Shown: positions 10,032 through 20,632 of the stretch, piece after piece
Layout: each line of letters opens with the position of its first letter
Position numbering within the stretch: the stretch's first letter is position 1
NCBI GenBank assembly: GCA_023485445.1
Contig: JAMCZT010000026.1
Coordinates: forward strand, 5,708 to 69,707
Source of the DNA: Patescibacteria group bacterium
GTDB lineage: Bacteria > Patescibacteriota > Microgenomatia > Woykebacterales > 2-01-FULL-43-14
Direction of reading: 5' to 3'
DNA: 64,000 bases
The notes under the pieces: model-generated
The model's input: the letters and a program-made list of their open reading frames with translations, nothing else
Databases searched by the model: none
Told to the model about the DNA's origin: nothing
Program-made: the position numbers and the translations under genes

Positions 10032-10073
10032 AACTAGGAGTGCAAGTTTTAAAGCAATTTTAAGTTTGTTATC

Positions 10074-11828
10074 ATGTGTGGAATCTTTGGTTACGTGGGA
10101 AAAAAGAATAACGCTGCCGAGATTGTCCTCGAAGGCCTCAAAAGGTTGGAGTATCGTGGCTATGATTCTTGGGGTGTGGTTGTTGAAGATAAGGCTTGCT
10201 TGAGGGTGGAAAGAAAAGCGGGAAAAATTGGGGAAGCAAAAGTTTCTCTTCCCTCTTCTCACGTTGGTTTGGGACATACTCGCTGGGCGACTCACGGAGG
10301 AGTAACTGTCCAAAATTCCCACCCCCATTTAGACTGCACGGAAACGATCGCTCTGGTGCATAATGGGATAGTCGAAAACTTTTCCGAATTAAAAAAAGAA
10401 CTAAAGGAAAAACATCGATTTACCTCAGAAACAGATACTGAAGTTATTGTCCACTTACTGGAGGATTTGATCCAAACAAAAAATTTTTCTGAGGCAATGA
10501 GAGAAGCTTTTAAAAAGTTGATTGGCCTTAACGCAGTAGTTAGCCTAAAAGGCAACCAATTAGTGGTGGCGAAGAATGGATCACCAATTGTTTTAGGTTT
10601 TGGGGAGGGTGAATTTTTTGTTTCTTCGGATGCTTCGGCTATTTTACCTTACACCAAAAATGTCGCCTTCTTGGAAGATAACCAAGCGGCGGTTTTAGAT
10701 GCTTCAGGGATCAAGGTTTTTAATCTTTCAACTGGGGTAGAAATCGAGCCAAAGACCCAAAAATTAGATTGGGAGCCAGAAAGTGCGGAATTGGGAAATT
10801 TTCCGCATTTCATGGTAAAGGAAATTTATGAGCAGCCAAAGATCCTTGAAGGTATTATTAAGACTTCGAGTCGGCAAGTAGAAGAATTGGCGGATTTTAT
10901 CCGCTCTTCCTACGGAGCGTTTTTAGTTGGCTGCGGGACGGCTGCCCATGCGGCCTTGACGGGACAGTATCTTTTTTCAAGGATAGCTAAGCGCCACGTT
11001 AATTTTAACGTTGGCAGCGAATTCGGTTATCTGGAACATTTCTTAACACCAAGAAGTTTAGTTGTCGCTTTATCCCAAAGCGGAGAAACCATTGATATTA
11101 TTGATTCGATAAAGCTCGCGTTGGAAAAAGGAGCTAAGGTGGCTTCCCTAACCAATGTTTTAGGTTCGACTTTATACCGAATGAGCGATTATAAAATTCT
11201 TTTGGGCGCGGGGCCCGAAAAGAGCGTTTGCGCGACTAAGAGTTTCACGGCCAAGATCGCGCTTCTTTTCTTGATCGCCTCGCAGTTATCAGGAACCGGA
11301 AAGGAAGGGGTGAGGATTTTAGAGCAAACAGTTAGGGAAATAAAAAGGTTACTAGACAAAGAAACCGTGGAAAAAATCGAAAAGTTGGCGGAAAAAATTA
11401 AGGACAAAAACCATATTTATATCGTCGGACGAGGTTTAAGTTACCCCGTTTCGATGGAAGCCGCCTTAAAAATCAAGGAAGTCAGCTACATTCACGCCGA
11501 GGGATTTCCGGGTGGCGAACTGAAACACGGAGTGATCGCTCTAATTGAGCCAGAAACGCCCTGTCTCGTTTTTGCCCCTAACGATGAAACTTACGGGGGA
11601 ATCATTTCGGGAGCGATGGAGATGAAGGCTAGGGGTGGGCATATTATCGGAGTGAGTTTCAAAGACGCAGACGTTTTTGATGACTGGATAAAGGTAGAAG
11701 ACACGGGAGATGGGACAGCCATCACAAATTCGATTGTCGGTCAACTTTTGGCCTATTTCTTGGCCGTTAAGCGAAAGTGCGATCCTGATAAGCCTCGAAA
11801 TTTAGCAAAGAGTGTTACGGTTAAATAA
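10074..11828 (+). CDS. glmS: Glutamine--fructose-6-phosphate aminotransferase
   Basis: MCGIFG, LEYRGYDS, GHTRWATHG, SQSGET, GELKHG, PRNLAKSVTV. Confidence 0.97.
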   Translation: MCGIFGYVGKKNNAAEIVLEGLKRLEYRGYDSWGVVVEDKACLRVERKAGKIGEAKVSLPSSHVGLGHTRWATHGGVTVQNSHPHLDCTETIALVHNGIVENFSELKKELKEKHRFTSETDTEVIVHLLEDLIQTKNFSEAMREAFKKLIGLNAVVSLKGNQLVVAKNGSPIVLGFGEGEFFVSSDASAILPYTKNVAFLEDNQAAVLDASGIKVFNLSTGVEIEPKTQKLDWEPESAELGNFPHFMVKEIYEQPKILEGIIKTSSRQVEELADFIRSSYGAFLVGCGTAAHAALTGQYLFSRIAKRHVNFNVGSEFGYLEHFLTPRSLVVALSQSGETIDIIDSIKLALEKGAKVASLTNVLGSTLYRMSDYKILLGAGPEKSVCATKSFTAKIALLFLIASQLSGTGKEGVRILEQTVREIKRLLDKETVEKIEKLAEKIKDKNHIYIVGRGLSYPVSMEAALKIKEVSYIHAEGFPGGELKHGVIALIEPETPCLVFAPNDETYGGIISGAMEMKARGGHIIGVSFKDADVFDDWIKVEDTGDGTAITNSIVGQLLAYFLAVKRKCDPDKPRNLAKSVTVK

Positions 11829-11830
11829 TT

Positions 11831-13261
11831 ATGAAAACAAGTCAGAGGATAATAAAAAATTTTTTGTCTTTAACCGGGGCCGATATCATTGCTCGGCTGT
11901 TGAGTACTGTTTTGTCGGTTTACATCGCTAGAAGTATGGGAGCAAGTGTTTTTGGTCAGTTGGCTTTTGCTATTGCTTTCACTAATTACTTTAATCTTTT
12001 TTCTGATTTTGGTCTAACGACTTTAGGAATTAGAGAAATTGCCCGCGACAAGTCCCAAACCCCTTCGTTTGCGACAAATATTACTGCTTTGCAAGTCTGG
12101 TTATCTCTTATTTTGATTGGTGTTCTTGGTGGATTACTCTTTTTTATGCCCTTAGAAATCAACCTAAAATGGTTGACTTTCCTTGTCGGTTTGTCGATGC
12201 TGCCAGGAGCATTTAGTTTAACTTACGTTTTCCAAGCCTATGAAAAAATGGAATTTACGGCCCTTGTGCGGATTTTGACCCAGATACTGACGGTCGTGAC
12301 CGCTTTTGCGCTAATTTACTTCACTAAAAATATCTTAGCTCTTCCAATTGTCCAATTTCTGGTTGGTTTGCTCAGCGCCTTGCTCATCTATTATTTATTA
12401 AAACGCTTCATTTATTTTTCTTGGTCTCAAATAGAATTTGCAAAAATTAGGTTTTTGTTCCGCTTGGCGATTCCGTTTGTTATTTCAGGGCTGGCGATCC
12501 AAATTTATTACAGTCTTGATTCCATTATCCTTCAGTTTTTGAAAGGTTCCACTGTGGTTGGCTATTATAGTGCCGGCTATAAAGTTGTTTTGCTGTTGAT
12601 CGGTTTTGCCGGTTTTTTTCAAACAGCCATTTATCCTACGTTGACGAATTTTCTTAAAGCCGATCTAGAAAAAGCTAACGAGTTAGTAGCGCGCACTTCT
12701 AAGTTACTTATTTTTATCTGTTTACCGATTGCCGTAGGCGGCACCGTGTTGGCCCCAAAGATTATCAGTTTTCTTTATGGCAACGCTTACACCGAGAGTA
12801 TTTTACCGTTTCAAATCTTGATTTGGAGCATATTTACCATTTACGTTAATGTCAGTTTCGGAGCCACTTTACTGGCTGCAGGCAGGGAGAGGCAGTATAC
12901 CAAAAGTGCCGTGATGGGAGCAGCTCTAAATCTGATCTTTAATTTGGTTTTAATTCCAAAATTCAGTCTGGTGGGGGCCGCGATTGCCACGATGATTACC
13001 GAATTTTACGTCTTAATTTCGCTTTATTACTACAGTTCAAAAGTAATTAAAGTTTCGATACTTAAAAATTTAATTCAAGCTTTTTTTACGGCAGTCGCCA
13101 TGGGGGCCATTTTGGTTTTCTTGGATTTAAATGTTTTGGTTTTAATTACTTTAGGGGCAGTTTTATACTTCTCGGCGGTTTTTATTTTTAGATTCCTAGA
13201 TAAAAACGACTTCGATTTTATCCTAACCTTTTTTAGAGAAAGAGGAGTAATTCATGATTGA
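11831..13261 (+). CDS. wzx: Wzx-type polysaccharide flippase (copy 1)
   Basis: Multi-TM protein with DFGLTTLGIREIA, VGYYSAG and GAAIAT, typical of MOP/PST flippases. Confidence 0.88.
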   Translation: MKTSQRIIKNFLSLTGADIIARLLSTVLSVYIARSMGASVFGQLAFAIAFTNYFNLFSDFGLTTLGIREIARDKSQTPSFATNITALQVWLSLILIGVLGGLLFFMPLEINLKWLTFLVGLSMLPGAFSLTYVFQAYEKMEFTALVRILTQILTVVTAFALIYFTKNILALPIVQFLVGLLSALLIYYLLKRFIYFSWSQIEFAKIRFLFRLAIPFVISGLAIQIYYSLDSIILQFLKGSTVVGYYSAGYKVVLLLIGFAGFFQTAIYPTLTNFLKADLEKANELVARTSKLLIFICLPIAVGGTVLAPKIISFLYGNAYTESILPFQILIWSIFTIYVNVSFGATLLAAGRERQYTKSAVMGAALNLIFNLVLIPKFSLVGAAIATMITEFYVLISLYYYSSKVIKVSILKNLIQAFFTAVAMGAILVFLDLNVLVLITLGAVLYFSAVFIFRFLDKNDFDFILTFFRERGVIHD

Positions 13262-13913
13262 GGATTTTTATAAGACGAAACAAGATCCATATTTTTCTGG
13301 CGTCCGAAGTGAACTCCTACCCTTTTTTGAGGGGAAAAATAAAAAGATTTTAGATGTCGGTTGTGGCACAGGGGCGATCTTGAGGGAATTGAAAAGATTA
13401 GGAATTGCTAAGGAAATAGTCGGGGTGGAGATACATAAGGAATCGGCTAAGGCGGCCGAAAAATTTCTGGATAAAGTTTTCGTTGGCAACGTTGAGGAAT
13501 TGACTCTGCCTTACAAAAATTATTTCGACTACATTATTTTAGCTGACGTTATTGAACACACCTCAGATCCATGGGAGACCGTTAATCGAGCGGTAGGTTA
13601 CTTAAAAAAAGATGGTTACTTAATTTTAAGTATCCCAAACATCCGGAACTGGCGGATATTTAGGGAAGTATTCCTTAAAGGTTCCTTTGAATACAAAGAA
13701 GCGGGTGTTATGGATCGAGGGCACTTGCGCTTTTTCACTAAAAAAAGCATTGAAAAATTGCTGTCGTGCTTAGATTTTAGAGTCGTAGATTTGAGAATCA
13801 ACGTTGCCTTTGACAATCGGAAACAGGACTGGCTAAATAGGTTGATGTTTGGCCAGTTGGGAAGGCTATTTATAGAGCAATATCTGGTAAAGGCCACTAG
13901 GAAGAAAAAATGA
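13254..13913 (+). CDS. Class I SAM-dependent methyltransferase
   Basis: ILDVGCGTG, FDYIILADVIEH, SIPN, HLRFFT. Confidence 0.88.
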   Translation: MIEDFYKTKQDPYFSGVRSELLPFFEGKNKKILDVGCGTGAILRELKRLGIAKEIVGVEIHKESAKAAEKFLDKVFVGNVEELTLPYKNYFDYIILADVIEHTSDPWETVNRAVGYLKKDGYLILSIPNIRNWRIFREVFLKGSFEYKEAGVMDRGHLRFFTKKSIEKLLSCLDFRVVDLRINVAFDNRKQDWLNRLMFGQLGRLFIEQYLVKATRKKK

Positions 13914-14734
13914 GTTTGGAATTGTCAATTATTATCGTCAATTGGAATACTAAAGAAGTAACGCTTGATTGTCTTAGATCGATTTATGGGCAAACTAAAA
14001 ATATAAGTTTTGAAATTATTCTAGTCGACAACGCTTCTTTTGATGGAAGTGTAGCCGCGATAAAAAAAGAATTTCCAGGGGTTGTGATAATCGAGAACCA
14101 GCAAAACGTTGGGTTTGCTCGGGCAAATAATCGAGGAATGAATAAGGCTAAAGGAAGATATTTTTTGCTTTTAAATAGCGATACGGTCGTTTTGGATAAG
14201 GCGTTGGAAGACTTGGTTGATTTCATGGACAAGAATCCTAAGGTGGGAGCGGTCAGTCCGAGATTGGTGGGGCGGGACGGGAAGATCCAACAATCAGCAG
14301 CAAAGTTTCCTTCCCTTTGGCATTACTTTAATGAGTATTTATTTAAAAAAATGACGGCTTGGTATCCAGAAGAAAAACTTTCTGACTTAGAAGTTGACAC
14401 GATAGCCGGGGCTTGCTTAATGGTTCGTAAAGAGGTAATCGATCAGATAGGTTCGCTTTGCGAAGACTATTTTATGTACAGCGAAGATGTGGATTTATGT
14501 TATAGAATTAAAAAGTCCGGTTGGATAGTAATGTCCCTAGCCCAGTTGCGAGTAATTCATTTAGGCGGCGAAAGTAGTGAGAAAGTAAAAAAGGAAATGG
14601 ATAGGAAATTATTGGAAAGCAGGATTATTTTTTTTAAGGAGGTTCATCCCCACTGGGAAGTTTTTGCTCTAAAGCTTATAATGGCGATAGGGGGTTTAAG
14701 AAATGCCCTGAGGGATTTTGTTAATTATGAGTAA
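13910..14734 (+). CDS. GT2 glycosyltransferase (WbbL-like, putative rhamnosyltransferase)
   Basis: SIIIVNWN, VDNAS, GFARANN, LLNSD, YFMYSEDVDLC. Confidence 0.85.
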   Translation: MSLELSIIIVNWNTKEVTLDCLRSIYGQTKNISFEIILVDNASFDGSVAAIKKEFPGVVIIENQQNVGFARANNRGMNKAKGRYFLLLNSDTVVLDKALEDLVDFMDKNPKVGAVSPRLVGRDGKIQQSAAKFPSLWHYFNEYLFKKMTAWYPEEKLSDLEVDTIAGACLMVRKEVIDQIGSLCEDYFMYSEDVDLCYRIKKSGWIVMSLAQLRVIHLGGESSEKVKKEMDRKLLESRIIFFKEVHPHWEVFALKLIMAIGGLRNALRDFVNYE

Positions 14735-15479
14735 ATTATCAGTTTTAGTTATTACTAAAAATGAAGAGGAACATCTCTCAGATTGTTTGGAGTCTGTAAG
14801 ATGGGCCGATGAAATCGTGGTGGTTGATTCTGGCAGCACTGATAAGACAGAAGAGATTGCCAAAAAGTATACCAAGGAAGTTTATTATAATGAATGGCTG
14901 GGTTACTCGGAGCAAAAAAATTGGGGTGCCCAGAAATGCCGTAATGACTGGGTTTTATGTTTAGATGCTGACGAGCGCATATCCCTAGAGCTTCGGACGG
15001 AAATAGAAGAAGCCTTGGAAGAAAAAAACTTTAACGGTTATTTTCTTCCAACCAAAGATTTTATCTTTGGCAAATGGATTCTCCACGGAAAATGGTCTCC
15101 CCAAGAACATATACGTTTATACAAAAAAAGTAAAGGTAGCTGGACAAAAGATGTGCATGAAGTAGTGCAAGTTAATGGTGGGGTGGGTCATCTAAAGAAC
15201 CCTATTCTTCACGTTGGCCACACCGATGTTTCGGAATTTATTTCCAAATTAAATTTATACACGCAAAAAGAAGCCGACGATCGGTTTAAGGCGGGGGAAA
15301 AAATTAGTATAGGGAAATTAGTTTTCAATAGCTTTAGAGCTTTTTTAAGAGAGTATGTAAAAGGACAAGGTTATAAAGACGGAGAGCATGGCTTTGTTTT
15401 AGCAGTACTGATGTCTTTTTACCAATTTAGTAAAGACGTCAAGCTTTGGGAACATTGGTACAAAAAAGGGCACACGTAA
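14727..15479 (+). CDS. GT2 glycosyltransferase (KdtX/WaaE-like)
   Basis: ITKNEE, VDSGSTD, LDADER, VHE motifs. Confidence 0.85.
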   Translation: MSKLSVLVITKNEEEHLSDCLESVRWADEIVVVDSGSTDKTEEIAKKYTKEVYYNEWLGYSEQKNWGAQKCRNDWVLCLDADERISLELRTEIEEALEEKNFNGYFLPTKDFIFGKWILHGKWSPQEHIRLYKKSKGSWTKDVHEVVQVNGGVGHLKNPILHVGHTDVSEFISKLNLYTQKEADDRFKAGEKISIGKLVFNSFRAFLREYVKGQGYKDGEHGFVLAVLMSFYQFSKDVKLWEHWYKKGHT

Positions 15480-15550
15480 TTGAAATTTTTATTAGAGCGA
15501 AAGGAATTGTTCATAAACCAGCAAAAATAAGATTTATTGAGGGGGCGAAA

Positions 15551-16216
15551 ATGATTGAAAAATTTTACACGACTAAAAAAGACGGATATTTTGGTGTTTC
15601 TAGAAATGAATTACTACCATTTTTTGAAGGTAAGAGGAAAAAGATTTTAGAAATTGGCTGTGGTGAGGGGGCAACGTTAACGACTTTGAAAGAACTTGGC
15701 GTTGCCTCTGAAACAGTGGGAATAGAGATAAATAAAGAATCGGTCGAGGTCGCAAGAAGAAATCTTGATAAGATACTTCCAGGAAATATAGAGGAAATGG
15801 ATTTGCCCTATAGCAATTACTTCGATTATATTATTCTTGCCGATATTCTAGAACACCTAACTGACCCCTGGTCGTTGATTAATAAAATCAAGAACTACTT
15901 AAAAAGAGATGGCCGCATTGTAGCTAGTATTCCGAATATTCGAAACTACATGCTTATTAAGCCTCTTCTTATCAAAGGTGAGTGGCGTTATGAGGACTCC
16001 GGTCTTCTTGATAAAGGACATCTTAGGTTTTTTACCAGAGAACAAATAAAAGAAATGTTTGAAGCGGAGGGTTTTACCCTCGAAAAAATAGATTATAATA
16101 AAAATCCTTGGCGCCTTAAACATAAGATTTTTGATTTTTTGACTGGACATAAGTTCAGCGATCTTTTTGTGACTCAATTTTACTTGAAAGCTCAGTTAAA
16201 AAGAGGTTCAAAATGA
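15551..16216 (+). CDS. Class I SAM-dependent methyltransferase (paralog of 13254-13913)
   Basis: ATG at 15551 after GAGGGGG RBS; ILEIGCGEG, FDYIILADILEH, HLRFFT. Confidence 0.87.
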   Translation: MIEKFYTTKKDGYFGVSRNELLPFFEGKRKKILEIGCGEGATLTTLKELGVASETVGIEINKESVEVARRNLDKILPGNIEEMDLPYSNYFDYIILADILEHLTDPWSLINKIKNYLKRDGRIVASIPNIRNYMLIKPLLIKGEWRYEDSGLLDKGHLRFFTREQIKEMFEAEGFTLEKIDYNKNPWRLKHKIFDFLTGHKFSDLFVTQFYLKAQLKRGSK

Positions 16217-17343
16217 CTCATGTAATGTCAATTTTGGGGACAAGGCCGGAAGCGATAAAAATGGCTCCAGTAATCAAAGAGTTAGAGAAGTATCCTGCTA
16301 AAATTAGGTCTACGGTTGTTGTTACTGCCCAGCATCGAGAGATGTTAGATCAAGTGCTTGGTATCTTCGATATTAAACCAGATTATGATTTAAACATAAT
16401 GAGTTCTAATCAAACTTTAGCTGATGTAACAATTAAAGTTCTGAAAGGGATGGAGGAAATTTTTTCTAAGGATCGACCAGACGTGGTATTAGTTCAAGGA
16501 GATACTACAACAGTTTTAGCGGGCGCATTAGCGGCCTTTTACCATAAGATAAAAATAGGTCACGTTGAAGCTGGCCTTCGAACTAACAATCTCCAAAACC
16601 CCTGGCCAGAGGAAATGAATAGGCGGGTCGTTGACAGTTTTGCGGATTTTTACTTTTGTCCAACTATACTAGGAAAACAAAACTTGATAAAAGAGGGAAT
16701 TCCAGAAAAGAAGATTTTTGTTACCGGCAACACTGTTATTGACGCCTTATTATGGGTTGCCAATCAGTCATACGAGATTACGAACGATTCTCTAAAAACT
16801 GTTGATTTCTCTAATAAGAAAATTATCTTGTTAACTACCCATCGACGAGAAAATTACCTAAGCGGGGGAATGAAGGAAATCTACGAAGCGATCAAGGAAA
16901 TTCTAAAAAAGCATCAAGATGTTGAAGTAGTATTTCCTGTTCATTTAAATCCAAACGTCCGAAAATTAGCTCATGAAAAATTGGATAATAATAATCCGAG
17001 AGTGCACTTAGTGGATCCCTTGGATTATAGAGATTTGGTAAAATTAATGAAGTCTTCATGTATTGTTTTAACTGATTCAGGAGGAATTCAAGAAGAGGCT
17101 CCTTCTCTAGGAAAACCAGTGGTTATTTTACGCGAAACAACAGAGAGACCGGAGGGAATTGAAGCTGGCACGGCTATTTTAGCAGGAACGAGACAGGTTA
17201 ATATTTTTGAAATTGTCGATAAGTTACTTTCAGATAAAGTGTTTTATGGTAAGATGTCTAATGCAGTTAATCCTTATGGAGATGGGAAATCTGCCTGGCG
17301 GATTGTTGATATAATTAAGAGGTCATTTGAGGAACTAACTTAA
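16213..17343 (+). CDS. wecB: UDP-N-acetylglucosamine 2-epimerase (non-hydrolysing)
   Basis: GTRPEAIKMAP, VQGDT, HVEAGLR, TDSGGIQEEAP, NPYGDG. Confidence 0.95.
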   Translation: MTHVMSILGTRPEAIKMAPVIKELEKYPAKIRSTVVVTAQHREMLDQVLGIFDIKPDYDLNIMSSNQTLADVTIKVLKGMEEIFSKDRPDVVLVQGDTTTVLAGALAAFYHKIKIGHVEAGLRTNNLQNPWPEEMNRRVVDSFADFYFCPTILGKQNLIKEGIPEKKIFVTGNTVIDALLWVANQSYEITNDSLKTVDFSNKKIILLTTHRRENYLSGGMKEIYEAIKEILKKHQDVEVVFPVHLNPNVRKLAHEKLDNNNPRVHLVDPLDYRDLVKLMKSSCIVLTDSGGIQEEAPSLGKPVVILRETTERPEGIEAGTAILAGTRQVNIFEIVDKLLSDKVFYGKMSNAVNPYGDGKSAWRIVDIIKRSFEELT

Positions 17344-17346
17344 CTT

Positions 17347-18765
17347 ATGAGAACTAGCCAGCGAGTGTTTAAAAATTTTCTTTCTTTGGGTTTTGCCGAA
17401 GTTGTCACAAGGGTTTTAAGTACTATTTTAACAATATATATTGCTCGTAGTTTGGGTGCTAATGTTTTTGGCCAACTGGCTTTCGCGACGGCTTTCACGT
17501 CATACTTTGCCCTTTTTTCAGATTTTGGTTTAACTACTTTGGGTATCCGTGAAATCGCTAAAGATAGATCGAAAACTAACTATCTAGCTACAAATATTAC
17601 CGTTTTACAAATTGGTTTAGCAGTATTGTTAACAACTTTGATGGGAGTGTTATTAATTTTTATCCCATTAAACATTAACTTAAAGTTATTGACTTTTCTC
17701 TTTGGTTTATCGATGATTCCAAATGCTTTGAGTTTAGGTTACGTCTTTGAAGCTCACGAGCGTATGGAGTTTACTGCCGTATCTAGAATAGCAATTCAAG
17801 TAATTACTTTAATTATCGCCTTTGTTTTTATTTACCTCACAAAAAATATACTAGTAGTACCCTTTGCGCAGTTTTTATCAGGATTAATTGCCGTTATTTT
17901 GGTTTTTATCCTTTTAAGAATGCACTTATCTTTTTCCCTAACCAGGATTGATCTAGAAAAAACTAAGGTTTTATTTTACCAAGCAATTCCTTTCGTTGTG
18001 GCAACTTTATCCACTAATCTTTATTACACATTTGATTCAGTTTTTATACAGTTTGCAAAAGGATCAGAGGCTGTAGGGTATTATAGTGCCGGATACAAAA
18101 TTGTTTTGTTATTGGTTAGCATTGCGCGATTTTTTCAAGCGGCTATATATCCGACTTTGACTAGTCTCTTAAAAAGTAATCCAGAGAAAGTTAATAGTTT
18201 AATTAATCAAACTTCTAAGCTTCTTATTTTCTTATCTGTGCCTCTCGCCGTTGGCGGTACTGTTCTAGCTAGGCCTATTATTGATACTATTTATGGGGAG
18301 GCTTATCAACAGAGCGTGTTGCCTTTTCAAGTCTTAATTTGGAGTATTTTTACAATTTTTGTAAACGTTAGTTTCGGTACTTTCCTTTTAGCCAGTGGCC
18401 ACGAAAAACAATATATGAAGAGTACGGTGGTAGGCTCCCTTCTAAACATAGTTTTTATTTCCTTACTTATACCGACTCTTGGTTTGTTTGGGGCGGCTTT
18501 GGCGACAATGGTTACTGAGTTTTACGTTTTAGCCTCTTTTTATTATTATACTAGGAAAATTATAAAGGTTGGAGTCTTGAAAAAAATTGGTCAAGCATTT
18601 TTTGCTGCATTACTAATGGCCTTTGTTTTGATTTTCTTAAATTTGAATATTTACTTTTTAATAATAACTGGGGCTGGAGTATATCTTGTGTTAATTATAC
18701 TCTTAGGGTTTATAGAAAAGAGTGATATACTCTTCCTTTTCTCAATTTTGAAAAGAACAAAGTAA
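17347..18765 (+). CDS. wzx: Wzx-type polysaccharide flippase (copy 2)
   Basis: Clear paralog of 11831-13261 (FGQLAFA, FSDFGLTTLGIREIA, GYYSAGYK, LIWSIFTI). Confidence 0.88.
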   Translation: MRTSQRVFKNFLSLGFAEVVTRVLSTILTIYIARSLGANVFGQLAFATAFTSYFALFSDFGLTTLGIREIAKDRSKTNYLATNITVLQIGLAVLLTTLMGVLLIFIPLNINLKLLTFLFGLSMIPNALSLGYVFEAHERMEFTAVSRIAIQVITLIIAFVFIYLTKNILVVPFAQFLSGLIAVILVFILLRMHLSFSLTRIDLEKTKVLFYQAIPFVVATLSTNLYYTFDSVFIQFAKGSEAVGYYSAGYKIVLLLVSIARFFQAAIYPTLTSLLKSNPEKVNSLINQTSKLLIFLSVPLAVGGTVLARPIIDTIYGEAYQQSVLPFQVLIWSIFTIFVNVSFGTFLLASGHEKQYMKSTVVGSLLNIVFISLLIPTLGLFGAALATMVTEFYVLASFYYYTRKIIKVGVLKKIGQAFFAALLMAFVLIFLNLNIYFLIITGAGVYLVLIILLGFIEKSDILFLFSILKRTK

Positions 18766-18796
18766 CATAATTTTTAAGAGAGGTAAAATAAAAACC

Positions 18797-19480
18797 ATGA
18801 ACAAGCATAGTCAGCAAAACAAAACATTCTTTACAAAATGGAACATGGATTTGAGAGAGTCTAGGTTTAAGCGGATTATCGAACTTTTGGTAGGGGAAAA
18901 GCCTGGAAAGATTCTTGATGTTGGCTGCTCTTCAGGAGATTTCGTGGCTGGTTTTGCTGACCTTGGTTGGGAGCCCTTCGGGTTAGAAATCAGTAATCAG
19001 AAAGTGGCAGAAGCCAAGAAAAAGGGCGTTAATTGTCAGGTAGGGGACGTTTCAGAAGAATTGCCGTTTAAAGATAATACTTTTAAGGCGATAATTGCCG
19101 GAGAAATAATTGAACACTTAGTAGATACGGATGCTTTTATAAAAGAGCTACATCGGATCTTGAAAAAGGATGGGGTAGTTATTATTACTACCCCTAATCT
19201 TGCAAGCTTGGAAAATAGGGTTAGGCTTTTGTTTGGTAAGTATCCTCGGTGGGTGGATTATAAAATTGAGTCTTACGGGCATGTTCGCTCCTACACTCCG
19301 AAAGCCCTAAAAAGGCATCTAACTGATAACGGGTTCAAGGTGGAGGCTCACACTGGTAATTTTATTCCCCCTCTTTCTCAAGAAATTGGTGACGATGTGA
19401 AGTGGCCTTGGTTGGCTAAAACTGGAAAAATATTTCCTTCTTTGGCAATGGATATTATTATGAAAGCGAGAAAACCTTAA
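18797..19480 (+). CDS. Class I SAM-dependent methyltransferase
   Basis: ILDVGCSSG, AGEIIEHL, TTPN. Confidence 0.85.
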   Translation: MNKHSQQNKTFFTKWNMDLRESRFKRIIELLVGEKPGKILDVGCSSGDFVAGFADLGWEPFGLEISNQKVAEAKKKGVNCQVGDVSEELPFKDNTFKAIIAGEIIEHLVDTDAFIKELHRILKKDGVVIITTPNLASLENRVRLLFGKYPRWVDYKIESYGHVRSYTPKALKRHLTDNGFKVEAHTGNFIPPLSQEIGDDVKWPWLAKTGKIFPSLAMDIIMKARKP

Positions 19481-20622
19481 TGGAAAAGGTGGCCATAATT
19501 CGTGGTTCAAACTTGAACAAGTTTGAGATGCAAAATTACGAGCCGTTGCTAACCGATTATGAGTTAGTGGGTTTCACAACCACGAAGCATAATTATGATA
19601 CTTCAGCAATTAAATTTCCCGTTATTTATCTCCGTTCCCTTGCCGAAACAGGTTGCCGGTTTCGGAGAGTCCACAAATTAATCGCCAAAAAACTGGGAAA
19701 TGAAGACTACCTTTTTGGTTTAGAGGAACAACTTAAAGGGTTTGACCTAGTTCATACCGCAGAATTGTATACAAGTTATACTAAGCAAGCGTTGAAAGTG
19801 AAAAGATTAGGTTACGTTAAAAAAGTCGTTACGACCGTTTGGGAAAATATTCCCTTTTTGGAATATCGAGATCCTAGCCGTCGACTTATAAAAGATTGGG
19901 AAGAAATTGACCACTTTTGTGTTACTTCAGAAAGAGCGAGGGAAATGTTGATTTTTTATGGAGTAAATAAAGATAAGATTTCGGTTATAATGCCGGGTAT
20001 TGATACCCAACATTTTTCTACTCGAGAAGAAAATTCAGTTCGGAAAAGTTTAAAAATCTCCAAAGACGCGTTTGTTATCATGTCCTCAGGTCGACTAGTC
20101 TGGGAAAAAGGGATGTTAAATATAGTCTTAGCTCTAAAAAAAATTCTTTCGATTAGGCAAAATCTAGATGCCCACCTTGTTTTGGTTGGTTCTGGACCAG
20201 AGGAATCTTTAATTAAATTAGTCGTAAAGAACCTTAATCTTACAAAAAGAGTTCACTTTCTTACCGCCCCTTATGAAAAAATGCCTAATTATTACGCCGC
20301 CTCGGATGTTTTTATTTTACCGAGTATTCCGACTCCGATTTGGCAAGAGCAGTTTGGAATGGTTTTTGCCGAAGCAATGGCTTGTGGGAAAGTGGTTATT
20401 GGTGGATTGAGTGGTTCCATTCCAGAGGTAATTGATAAAGCCGGGCTGCTGGTTCAGCCGGCTGACTGGTATGATATTTATGAAAAACTAGATTTTGTAA
20501 TTTCTAATCCAGATAAAATGAACGATTTAAAAAAGAAAGCTCGCACCAGAGCGGAGAATAACTTTTCCAATAAAGTTGTAGCGGAAAAAATAGAAAAAGT
20601 TTATAAAAAGGTTTTAAATTAA
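19480..20622 (+). CDS. GT4 glycosyltransferase
   Basis: GRLVWEKG, EQFGMVFAEAMACG. Confidence 0.88.
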   Translation: MEKVAIIRGSNLNKFEMQNYEPLLTDYELVGFTTTKHNYDTSAIKFPVIYLRSLAETGCRFRRVHKLIAKKLGNEDYLFGLEEQLKGFDLVHTAELYTSYTKQALKVKRLGYVKKVVTTVWENIPFLEYRDPSRRLIKDWEEIDHFCVTSERAREMLIFYGVNKDKISVIMPGIDTQHFSTREENSVRKSLKISKDAFVIMSSGRLVWEKGMLNIVLALKKILSIRQNLDAHLVLVGSGPEESLIKLVVKNLNLTKRVHFLTAPYEKMPNYYAASDVFILPSIPTPIWQEQFGMVFAEAMACGKVVIGGLSGSIPEVIDKAGLLVQPADWYDIYEKLDFVISNPDKMNDLKKKARTRAENNFSNKVVAEKIEKVYKKVLN

Positions 20623-20632
20623 GGTTGTAATT

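Noticed and set aside
10032-10073. glmS ribozyme
   Set aside because: The intergenic gap is only 42 nt and has no matching structure.
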